From the NCBI GenBank assembly GCA_043228905.1, contig JBHGNT010000006.1, forward strand, positions 6,262,001-6,326,000: 64,000 nucleotides of DNA, written 5' to 3'. A program made the translations under genes and the position numbers. Shown here piece after piece: positions 1 to 11,300 of this stretch. Source of the DNA: Azolla caroliniana. Lineage: Eukaryota > Plantae > Polypodiophyta. The notes under the pieces were generated by a model. It made no database searches, was not told where the DNA came from, and saw only the letters and a program-made list of their open reading frames with translations. The number at the start of each line of letters is the position of its first letter. Position 1 is the first letter of the stretch.

Positions 1-203
1 TGAAAAATCTTGAGAAGTTTTAAGTTTTAAGTCCGGTCCATCAGGGGTGATATAGATACACTCGCATTTACTACGGTAAATTTTGCTTCATTTATGATTC
101 ACTTTCTATGCCTTTCTGATACTCCACATGTTCCCATTTATGTGAATGTGCTAATTGCATGTGACAATATTGAGAAGTTCATGGTTTTGGTTCTTTCTGC
201 AAG

Positions 204-3200
204 GGGTTATATTTGCAAATGAGTTCAAGGAAAAGAGGTTGAAGTCTTTATCTGCAAATCTTCATCGAATGGGTGTAACCAATACCATAGTTTGTAACTA
301 CGATGGACGGGAGGTTAGTTAACGCAAAAAATACTGTGCTCTTTTTAGCTATTGTTATGTGAAGGAAAAACAGTATCAAAAACAGTATCTATTCTTCTTC
401 TTCAGCTGCCAAAAGTTGTTGGGATAAACAGGGTGGATAGAATCTTGCTGGATGCACCTTGTAGTGGTACTGGGGTGAGTATTTGACGTGTTTTCTGAAT
501 TTGATTATTTGAATAATATAGTTGTTTTTCAAATTGTTTCAAAATTTGCATTTTGTTTTCCAGGTTGTAGCAAAGGACCAGTCTGTGAAGGTGTCAAAGG
601 GTGCATTGGACATTGAGAAGTGTGCAGCTCTTCAAAAGGTATAATATGTTTATTGTTGATGTACTGCTATCACTGATGTACACAGAAACATAAATTTCTG
701 AGTGTTTTTATTTGATACTGTGTTTATGAAGAAACCTATATAAAGATCTACGTATCTTGATCTTATTTACTTTGAAAGGTTTAAGTGGTTGTAATATCGT
801 AAGTGCCCTTCTCAAGATGTGAGAAGTTCTACGAAAAAGGAAAATAAGAAAAGCTTTTCTGCTCATGACACGCCCAATATGATTAATATCTATTTATCCT
901 GTTAAAAATCAAATCCGCAAGAGAGTGACTTTACCTATAGCACTGTTGATCCCATGATATCAATATTGCTCTTTTTCTCCTTTGCAAAATTGAACACCTT
1001 CTCTTCTTCTTTGGTTTGGGGTTTAGGCGCATGCTAGATCTCAACAAGATTTAGAAAGGGTAGCAGCCAGACAACTGTGTAGGGCTCCTTTCCACGGAGG
1101 CAATGAGTTAATTTACTCGTGTTTCTACTATTCTAGAGCCCACATTCTTGACAATCAATGCAACTCATTGTTTGTCCCAATAAACAGGGTGGGTTTCAAA
1201 GTGTTGGGAATAGCTTGTGTTTGTCTTAAGCAACCAACATGTGTGTTACTATTAGATGTGTAGGTGGATAATGAAAGGTTGAAGTGGTTGTAATATCGTA
1301 AGTGCTCTTCTCAAGATGTGAGAAGTTCTACGAAAAAGGAAAATAAGAAAAGCTTTTCTGCTCATGACACGCCGAATATGATTAATTTCTATTTATCCTG
1401 CTAAAAATCAAATCCGCAAGGGAGTGACTTTTACCTATAGCACTGTTGATCCCATGATATCAATATTGCTCTTTTTCTCCTCTTGCAAAATTGAACACCT
1501 TCTCTTCTTCTTTGGTTTGGGGTTTAGGCGCATGCTAGATCTCAACAAGATTTAGAAAGGGTAGCAGCCAGACAACTGTGTAGGGCTCCTTTCCACGGAG
1601 GCAATGAGTTAATTTACTCGTGTTTCTACTATTCTAGAGCCCACATTCTTGACAATCAATGCAACTCATTGTTTGTCCCAATAAACAGGGTGGGTTTCAA
1701 AGTGTTGGGAATAGCTTGTGTTTGTCTTAAGCAACCAACATGTGTGTTACTATTAGATGTGTAGGTGGATAATGAAAGGTTGAAGTGGTTGTAATATCGT
1801 AAGTGCTCTTCTCAAGATGTGAGAAGTTCTACGAAAAAGGAAAATAAGAAAAGCTTTTCTGCTCATGACACGCCGAATATGATTAATTTCTATTTATCCT
1901 GCTAAAAATCAAATCCGCAAGGGAGTGACTTTTACCTATAGCACTGTTGATCCCATGATATCAATATTGCTCTTTTTCTCCTCTTGCAAAATTGAACACC
2001 TTCTCTTCTTCTTTGGTTTGGGGTTTAGGCGCATGCTAGATCTCAACAAGATTTAGAAAGGGTAGCAGCCAGACAACTGTGTAGGGCTCCCTTCCACTGA
2101 GGCAATGAGTTAATTTACTCGTGTTTCTACTATTCTAGAGCCCACATTCTTGACAATCAATGCAACTCATTGTTTGTCCCAATAAACAGGGTGGGTTTCA
2201 AAGTGTTGGGAATAGCTTGTGTTTGTCTTAAGCAACCAACATGTGTGTTACTATTAGATGTGTAGATGGATAATGAAAGGTTGAAGTGGTTGTAATATCG
2301 TAAGTGCTCTTCCCAAGATGTGAGAAGTTCTACGAAAAAGGAAAATAAAAAAAGCTTTTCTGCTCATGACACGACGAATATGATTAATTTCTATTTATCC
2401 TGTTAAAAATCAAATCCGCAAAGGAGTGACTTTTACCTATAGCACTGTTGATCCCGTGATATCAATATTGCTCTTTTTCTCCTCTTGCAAAATTGAACAC
2501 CTTCTCTTCTTCTTTGGTTTGGGGTTTAGGCGCATGCTAGATCTCAACAAGATTTAGAAAGGGTAGCAGCCAGACAACTGTGTAGGGCTCCTTTCCACGG
2601 AGGCAATGAGTTATTTTACTCGTGTTTCTACTATTCTAGAGCCCACATTCTTGACAATCAATGCAACTCATTGTTTGTCCCGATAAACAGGGTGGGTTTC
2701 AAAGTGTTGGGAATAGCTTTTGTTTGTCTTAAGCAACCAACATGTGTTACTATCAGAGGTATAGATGGATAATAAATGTAAGTGTGAAGATCAAATGTGT
2801 TACTACCAAATGTGTAGATGGATAATAAATGTAAGTGTGAGATCAAATGTGTTACTACCAAATGTGTAGATGGATCATAAAAACCGCTCCAAGGCTCTTG
2901 CATAACAAAACGTGATCCATTCCCGAGTCATGATCCTAAAGTTAATATTCTTTGTTGCTATTATATTGTTGTTCTTTAGCACGGTCACTAGTGCTTTTGT
3001 TCCTCTCCAAATGTAGCCTGATTTCTGAACAAAACCTCACAGCTTAAATAAGAGGACAACCTTTCAATGCAAGAATTGGTTATGTACTGAAAGATCCACC
3101 AGATATATGTAGCTCTTAAAGTGTTTCCAAATGATTGAGACATATATAGGTTGAAACCAGAGGTTAGGATTTTGGCTCTAAACAACACACATAGCACGAT

Positions 3201-4317
3201 TTATCTTGATCAATAGCTAATACAGTCTGTAACATGCATACACATTAGAGTTTTGAGTATTTTAATGGCCATCAAGAACTGAATAAGTGGTGCTATTGAT
3301 GATATAATATTGATATATGCAGGAACTCATTCTAGCTGCTATTGATATGGTGGATGCGAATTCAAAATCAGGGGGCTATATTGTCTATTCAACATGCTCA
3401 ATTAATGTAGCAGAGGTTTGTTTCAATTGATTTGCCTGTGACTACTCTGATGCTAAATATATTAACCTGATGCGGTTTTTAAACTTCAAATTCAGAACGA
3501 GGCTGTGATTGATTATGCTCTTAAAAAGAGGGAGGTTAAAGTTGTTCCTTGTGGATTGGACTTTGGGAAACCAGGGTAAAATTCTGTTCTATTGATGTCA
3601 GCATTGTCATATTTACTGTCGTGTCTCATAGATGCTCTTATATCACAGATTTATTCGGTTTCGGGAACATCGGTTCCATACATCATTGTCGAATACCAGG
3701 CGTTTCTATCCTCATGTGCACAACTTGGATGGTTTTTTTGTTGCTAAGGTTTGTTTCTTGTCAATAATATAGAGGTTCCTTTTTTATGGCACCCAATTGG
3801 TTTCATAAACAGTTATTACTTACATTTAAACAGTTGAAGAAGATTAGTAATGCAAAACCTGCCCCAAAGACAAATGGTGATTCTGGAGACTCTGTTTCTG
3901 AGGTCATTGATGATGATGGATGTATGGCAAATGGCACTGCAGCTCATGTTGAGAAACTGGTAGAAGAATCTGTTGAAGATATAGAAGCAAAACAGAACAA
4001 GGTCTCTGGTATAAAAAGGCAGAAAGTAATGAGAAAAAACTTGAAACAACTGCCTTCTAAGGATGAAATATCAGAATTGAGGTACGTATAAGACCATCTG
4101 TTCTTGTTTTATTGTTGGAAGAAAGGAAAGCTTATTTATCTAGTTGTTATTCAGAGAGGAGAAGAGAAATGAGCTTCGTCTAAAACGGAAGAGCCAGATG
4201 ATGAATGACACATCAGAAAAACCTGATTCAGCCGTCAAAGTAGATAAGAAGAGCGTAGTAGCAAACGAAAATGAGCTTACCAAGAAGCGTGATAAAAAGC
4301 GCAAAAAAAACTCGTAA
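204..4317 (+). CDS. NOP2: 25S rRNA cytosine-C5 methyltransferase NOP2/NSUN1, 3' part (5' exons lie upstream of the window)
   Basis: GT-AG exons ~204-313, 406-474, 564-638, 3323-3415, 3496-3575, 3649-3748, 3834-4081, 4155-4317 splice in frame: [33 protein letters not shown] (motif IV PC), [10 protein letters not shown] (motif VI TC), [26 protein letters not shown], then a Lys-rich tail ending TAA 4315-4317. Confidence 0.95.
1012..1147 (+). ncRNA. Box H/ACA snoRNA (SNORA4/snR83-like, predicted 18S Psi guide), copy 1
   Basis: Hairpin, H box AGACAA (1069-1074), second hairpin (GGGCTC/GAGCCC lower stem), ACA (1142-1144) + 3 nt. Pocket strands TTCCAC and ACTA lie 15 nt from ACA and pair with 18S UAGU-Psi-G-GUGGAG. 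Same strand as the host gene; 5' end approximate. Confidence 0.8.
1513..1648 (+). ncRNA. Box H/ACA snoRNA copy 2
   Basis: H box 1570-1575, ACA 1643-1645; same structure as copy 1. Confidence 0.8.
2014..2149 (+). ncRNA. Box H/ACA snoRNA copy 3
   Basis: H box 2071-2076, ACA 2144-2146; variant CCCTTCCACT keeps the TTCCAC guide. Confidence 0.78.
2515..2650 (+). ncRNA. Box H/ACA snoRNA copy 4
   Basis: H box 2572-2577, ACA 2645-2647; guides intact. Confidence 0.78.
2740..2880. repeat. Short ~52-bp tandem repeat (~2.5 copies) at the end of the 501-bp array
   Basis: ATGTGTTACTACCAAATGTGTAGATGGATAATAAATGTAAGTGTGA repeated. Confidence 0.8.
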
Positions 4318-4604
4318 AGATATCTAAAGAAAGGCTACCAAGGGAGAGGCTACTCTTGACAGGGGACGACAAATCAACGTTTTGCCTGAATGTAACATAT
4401 TTGAGTGTTCACTTATTCTCTTTGTAAATGCCTAGCTACTTCTAAAGGAGTCTTGGTGTACTCCACTTTGTATGTGGAAGAGAATTTGAAGTTTTGATAC
4501 CCCTTATCATCTGTGTTGAAGCACCAATTAAGTCAATTGATTTATGAGTGTAATGCAAAAATATGCTATGCACTTTCTTACCGGGAAGAGTGAATTCATT
4601 AGAG

Positions 4605-4980
4605 ATGAAGTTTTGGTACAAGTATGTATTGTGTAATTGGGAGAAGTATGTTTGTTACATGGGGCTAAAATCTCTAGCTAATCTCCAGGAGTAATGATAC
4701 AAAGAGAGAATGTAAAGGCTTTAAATGATTACTTTGCTTTGTGGAAGGTTACCTACATTTATGTCTCTTCAATACAAATCATTGTGAGAAAACTTTGCAT
4801 TTTGAAAGAGTTGACTCATCAAAGATGAAGAAGCTTTGGTTCAAGTATGTATTATGTGTAATTTTTTGTTACATGAGGCTAAAATATCTAGCTAATTTGC
4901 AGGAGAAACAGAACATATACAGGGTTTAGATGAAAACTTTGCTGTGCAAAAGGTTAGCTACATTTATGTCTCTTGATACC
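4605..4980. repeat. Diverged ~225-bp direct duplication downstream of NOP2
   Basis: GAAG(T/C)TTTGGT.CAAGTATGTATT...TGTTACATG.GGCTAAAAT.TCTAGCTAAT and GGTTA.CTACATTTATGTCTCTT each occur twice. Confidence 0.7.
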
Positions 4981-5610
4981 AAACGCTTTTATGAATATCT
5001 TGGCAAAATGTCAGATTAGCTACATTTCACAAACACTTGAGCCGTCTCACAGAATATTTGGCGGATTCAAATTTCTGATATAAACCACTTGATATCCTAT
5101 TCGAACAAATGTGCATTTCTCAATGGGCAATTGAACGCACAACATTGCTTGCTTCTTGATATCATACAACTTTTGCTTGCATCAGGTTCTCAGATTAAAC
5201 ATGGCATGCAAAGACAACATTATTAAGGTGAGACTACATTTGGTACATACGTCTTGCAAAGGCACTATAGGCAGGACTATATGAAAGACAACACTTTGTG
5301 AAAGAGTTTTTTATGATATCTATTACTGTTCAGAATCAACTATCTATTAGTCCTGGCTATCTTGAAGCCAACACTTCATGAATTAATTTTAGTCCAGGAT
5401 GTCATAATTTGCAATTTTGTACAAACAAATTACATGCATGATAAAAATGCCACATCTCAACAGAAAATCTCCTTTCTGTTGTACCCAATACATATTTAGG
5501 GTGTTGAACTCACATGTACACAAAACATCCAGGTTATACTTTGTACAGCCTCTTCTCAGGATATACTTTTCACCCACACATATACCTCTAAGGATATCAG
5601 TATATGCTCT

Positions 5611-6864
5611 TCACCTCAATGCAATAGAAAGGACAACTGAAAGTACAAACCACCCGAAGAAAAAGTACCCAACCTTTCGCACACCTTCGTCGTCTTCTGC
5701 TTCCTGCCAAAAGAAACCACCCATTTGTGAGCATTAGGAGAACTTATGCTATAAGAAGACATAACAAGCCGTTTCTTCTTCTATAAGAGGGCAAAATTAC
5801 ACATGCTTATAAAATTGGGAGAAGGATTGAATTGCAAATATTGGTACCTCCATGGGAAAAGGTCCATAAGTGCTTTGGGTGATGTCAGACTCATAGGGCC
5901 ATGTGTATACATCTGGACTCTGAACACGGTACAAGCTCCAGTCATACAGCCTCCTCTCTTCCTCCGAGGACAAGATATCATAGGATACCTGAGTCATAAC
6001 ATGTATGTATGTATGCATACCCACACACCCACATAACTCTTGATCATCAAAACATGGTGCTTTATATTTTAAACTGAAAAAGAAGGAAGAAAGTAAACAA
6101 GAAAGGAGGAGTTTGCTATAAATGCAGAGGTTGGGGCACCTTGAGGATCCTCAGCTTGGTTCGAATCTCATCTTCTTTTAAACTTTCCTGCAACACACTC
6201 TCACATCTCTGCTTGTATGCGATCTCCACCTGGGTATGTGGTATATGAAAAAAAGAGAATCTGACCATTCTACTCTGCACACACAGTGATGTACTGTACA
6301 CTACTTGGCATTTGAAAAGAAGAAGAATATGAAGAGGAATTTACTTCTTCATATGAGGCAGCAGGTGTCAGTCCAAGCGTGGTGTAATGGTCCGGTGTCA
6401 GGAGAGCTAAGTTGTGGACAAAACATTATACATTTTATCATTTGAGTCATTGTGTACACTTGATATGTAATATCAAAATGCACGAGCAACACAGAGTACT
6501 CTAGGAGATGCCCATGAGAGCATACATATATTACTGAATCACTGCAGATGAGAGATATTGGCTTACCTTCCGCAGTGAATGCTTTCTCAATGTTGGCATA
6601 GCTGATGAGGGAGAAGGGAGGCATGTCCACTGCTGAAGCGAGGAGGAGATCTCTACTACTGCGACCATCATTACTCGTAGTAGTAGTAGAAGTCTCGACG
6701 GCTTGATCTGATGACGAGGAGGAATCCTCACTATTCAGAGACTTCAACACTACGGATGTCCGCCTGCGTGGAGAGGAGGAAGACGACGCAGGGAGGAGGA
6801 TGTTGGAACGACACTCAGGTAGCAATGAAGAAAAGGAAGATGCACACACCACCACTCTCTCCAT
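5611..6864 (-). CDS. ndhU: Chloroplast NDH complex subunit U (CRRL, J-like domain protein)
   Basis: Exons 6864-6567, 6406-6345, 6229-6140, 5988-5848, 5703-5611. Ser-rich transit peptide, DHYTTLGL..ASYEEVEIAYK, SYDILSSEEERRLYDWSL, YTWPYESDI, C-terminal TM segment VGYFFFGWFVLSVVLSIALR*; J-like domain lacking HPD. Confidence 0.92.
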
Positions 6865-7369
6865 CTCTGATCTTTCACCCTCAGCCTTATCATATTATGT
6901 GCGTCTATAGACTATAATACATAGTATATGCGTTCATACTTTTTACATAGTTTTGTCTCATTTGGAAATCCATGTTGATGTGGCACACCATATCATTGGA
7001 TGATGCCAACATACCTTTTTTCCGGGCTTATAAGGCGGAGCATGTATATATATATAGCGATGAGTGCTCCGTGCATATCTTACATCTGCACCACTTGGGT
7101 ACTATTTGCCATATGAATGAACAGATGGTCCACAACACAAAGCTCCATAACTTGATTACCATCTATCTAGTACACCTTTAGCTCATACACATGTTGAGAA
7201 AAAGTTACTCAATTGTGATTAACTGATTCGTTAGCCTATAATTTGTCATATCCATCATGTTGTTTTTCTAAGCATGACACAAATTCTCATTCATGTTATT
7301 TTTGTAAACTAAAATTTGGTGGCAATGGAGAGACACAATTCACTTTATTTTAGCTATCAATACCAAATG

Positions 7370-7510
7370 GAACACATCATTAACAGGTGCAATGAGGGAA
7401 CACTATTTGTTGCTTCACATACTATTAACAGGTGCAATGAGGGAACACTATCTGTTGTTCTGCATACTATTAGCAAATACATTGAGGGAATAGTAACTGT
7501 TCCTTGCCTA
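7370..7510. repeat. 57-bp tandem repeat, ~2.5 copies
   Basis: ATTAACAGGTGCAATGAGGGAACACTA at ~7379 and ~7424, third copy degenerate. Confidence 0.7.
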
Positions 7511-8308
7511 GAACACTTCAATAACAGGAAACCATAATAAAAGAATGTTGTTTCACTCAGCTCATGTGGAGAATAAAATAGAAAGCCTAGTCTGCTCCGA
7601 GCATAATAACCAACCAAGCTCTGAGTAAAAGTTCGAGAAACTTAAGTTTATATAATAATGTCAACTTTAAGTAAAGAATAAGAGATATGAAGGCATCATC
7701 AAATACAAGTTCCATTTCAACTGAAGCATTCACATGTTTGGCAACTATAAAAACAATTTTAATTTTAGCAGGCAAATTAAGACAACCACTAGTCAAAAGC
7801 AATGAAATCATCATTATTATGTAAACTTTTTGCCAGAAGAACTATCTAAGCAACCATTGGAAGTCACTGAGAAATTGATCATTGTAGATAATAATAATTT
7901 TTACAGATTCACGTTGAACATACTCCATAATATTTACTAAAGCTTCTGCATTTTTTGCCCCTTTGGACTTAACTTCAACAACTGTCGCACCAAGTCTTAT
8001 TCATGCATGCTACGTTCCTCATCAGCAAATAAATGAGTACTCTTATGACTTCAATTATTACGCCATACACTACTCATGTTGCTCAAAATTACAAAAATGA
8101 GGCTGCAAAGTTCGGAAACACAAAATTCATCATCAACTCTTTGCTATAGAATTAAGAGTGCCTATGAAGGGGCTGTAAATATTTTGTACTAACCTCAAAA
8201 CTATGATGGGTATCATTACACGTGTCTGGGAAATGAGCACGTGGTACAAATCAAGCGTTAACTTGAAGAAAAAGATACTCCCCTACGACAATGGGCTGAT
8301 CTGGAAGC

Positions 8309-11300
8309 TTATCTTTCCATGAGCATGACCACCTCACAATGAGGAGTATGTGGGAACATGTCAACTGCCACTGCCTTCATTGGACAAAAAGGAGTCGACA
8401 TGGGCATTGACTTAATACGCTGCCGAGCATGTCCCACCACTGTCCTCCTCTGAGGGCCTCTTTGGGAACCTCCCTTGACTTGATCTGCTGATCCAATAGG
8501 GGTGCAAAGCTCTACCGCATTCGCAAGTAATGTCTCAGGATTGCATGAAACATAGCTGTTACGCAACAATAGAATCCACCAGTCACATGATGACAAAACC
8601 AGATGGTAACCCTAGCTCAGGGTGAAACCAATATCACAAACAAATACTAGTTGGGTTACTTAAAAAATAAGGTAAAAAACACTCACACCAAACGACGAAT
8701 TCGTTCATGTGTTCTGAGAAGTTTCACCACCTATAATTACATTTACATGAAGATATGTTTCAAAACTAGCACAAAAATGAAAGTGAGAAGCAGTTGACTC
8801 TAACCAGAAACCTATGTTTTCTTACCACAGGATGAAGACCACTCCTTGGAGGATCTACTAGCACTACCACAGATGAAAATCTGTTTTCAGAACTGGAGGA
8901 AACCCCACTTTCGAGAGAGAAACTTGAATCTATGACATCTTTAGAAGGAACTCTTTCTGATTCTTCCACCAAATAATGTTCGAGCAGGTTCTTCATCACA
9001 TCTTCAGCCTGCAAAATTAATGTCTTTTATCATCAGTTACAATTTTTCTCAATTTAAATCTATGAGTAATGTCCATGAAATGCATATAGAAACCTCATAT
9101 AAGTACCTTTCCACACACAAACTTGCAGTTTTTGATACCATTGATTTCAGCATTAATGTGTGCGTCTGCAATCGCTGCTTCGTTCATTTCGATTCCTACA
9201 ACCTATATCAATGTAGTGAGCATGACAAAAAATTATCCATGTTCAGATATGAAAGAACAATGCATGATGGCATACTAAAAATAAACGCATTATGGTGAGA
9301 AATGATATATTACTGGAAATTACATCCATAACTCAGTGTAATGAAGTATAAGCATTCTTTTTTGGTCCATACTTACGTTTCATACAATGAAGTTATGAGT
9401 TTGCACTTCATCCGTTCAACATGCAGATACCATCATAATAATGCACACATGTAAGTCTGAGCAGAAAAACCTCATTTCACAGCTTTCATCATTCATTGGT
9501 GCACAAGCATTAATCGATATAATATGAAGCAACCCAGTATTTAAAATGGTTCTCTAAGGAAATTCTTAACACCATCTCTAAATGTATAGACCACTATATA
9601 TGCCCACTAAGGTAAAGGAAAAATTGTGATATGCGTTTGCTCATGTTCCAAATAATGGTGAAAAGCATATAACGATACACCAAACTTCTGTAGGAGGAAC
9701 TAGACCATACAAAACTTACCAATCAACAATAAATTATAAATACATTGAACATGGATGAAGATTTTTGCAGCCTCATTGTGCCCATGCATCTTTGTAATGC
9801 ATACTAATAAATACTACAATTCATGCAAGCCTTGCAATTCACATTCACATATGCTCTACATATTTTATAACTGTATGCGCTAGTGACCTTCAGAAAAGTC
9901 TGATGGATGCATATGCTTATCTATGTTCGAGGAGAGTACCATCCCAACTCTGTGAGCAAGAGTTAATCCAATGGTTCCAGTTCCACAACACACATCAAAA
10001 AGAAGAGTTTTTGCGTCAAGCCCAGCCCAATCGCCTGCCTGATTGTACAATTTCTCAGCAGCTGACGTATTAACCTAAATAGAAGTTTTGTGAACTATGA
10101 GAATTAGAGAAAACTAGAATACAGGAGAAAAGAATTAACAGAGAAAATATCAAGTAAAACCTAAAGCAAACAGAATAAACCTGGAAAAATGCTGTTGGTG
10201 AAATACGGAACTGGAGATTGCCTATACGATCATGTATGAAGCTAATTTCATTCTGCTTTTCCACCTGCTCTTTTCCGTCCTCCATTTGGGGAATCGAAAG
10301 TGAAATCAAGGGTGAATCAGGGCAGGCTGCATTAGAAATGCCCAGATGGTCCTAAGAATCCATACGAAGTAATATTCAGAAAATTAGTGACTGCAATTGA
10401 TGCATCAACTGATGGGTGAAACTGAGGTCCCACATGACCACCCATTGAATGAGAGAAAATTTAGGGTTCCAAATGAATGTAGTGGAAATAACCACCATAG
10501 CTGTTGCCTACAAGGTCATAACTGGGCCTCTCAAGTGACATAGTCAAGCTTTATTTTGACTCTTGGCTTTATAAGAAGATACCATGTTCGCAGAATATAG
10601 CAAACTAATTAACTGATAACTCCTGCAGAAATACCTGTACAAGTAGTGCTGAGAGCGGAAGTTTTGGGGATGCTTGAGATGCTGCTAATGCTAGATCATG
10701 AGCCATTCTATTATATTCTTTTGTTCTGACATTTTCGTCTACACCTGATGAGCAAACCTGCAGTTTTTTTCCAAACAATCAGAATTATGAAAAAACTCTG
10801 TTGATATCAGCTCAAATAGAAAACATTATTCTATACCAAGGATCCACCTTAGGAGTTCCAGATGATTGTGACAATAGCATACACATGAGTTTAAATGTTT
10901 AAAATTAGAAATATGCATGTCCACAATCAAAAGTGTAACAAACCTGCACCATCAGCATCACTTCACTAATGGCTGATGTATCGCTTGCTGCGCGGCCCTC
11001 ACGTACCTGCAAAATTCTACATATGTTATCCAGCTTTACAGTAAATGAATCAATATTCCCAAAGAAAATTCATTTGTAATTCCTATATCAAATACGTTAT
11101 TGCAACATGCATCATTTACATTCTTGAACTAAATAAAGCAAAATGAGGATTGCGTATGTGTCATATTGCTTCGGCAAATGTGGCAATATTGATATGATAT
11201 GAACTTAAATCAGTATGCAATAATATTCCTAACAAAAAATAGGAGATGTCAAAATTATTTAACCTGATGAAGTGCATTTTCATTTTAATTTTATTACGAG

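Larger units (their letters stand above)
773..2773. repeat. Four near-identical ~501-bp tandem units within the long NOP2 intron
   Basis: TGAAAGGTT(T/G)AAGTGGTTGTAATATCG recurs at 773, 1272, 1773 and 2274; the units differ by a few SNPs and 1-bp indels. Confidence 0.97.

Noticed and set aside
45-126. Possible C/D snoRNA in the first NOP2 intron (GTGATAT...CTGA with a short terminal stem)
   Set aside because: C box is non-consensus and no rRNA/snRNA complementarity was recognised
1085-1135. Alternative target for the snoRNA pocket in 25S (UAGGA-U-AAGUGGGAG)
   Set aside because: Pairing puts the uridine 11 or 19 nt from ACA, outside the 14-16 nt rule; the 18S site fits at 15 nt
773-2773. CRISPR-like or protein-coding reading of the tandem array (including ORF 2658-2903)
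   Set aside because: Units are whole duplicates without unique spacers, the context is a eukaryotic intron, and the ORFs have no recognisable motifs
5140-5340. Possible decayed PPR fragment (HTTFACI)
   Set aside because: Too short and degenerate to support
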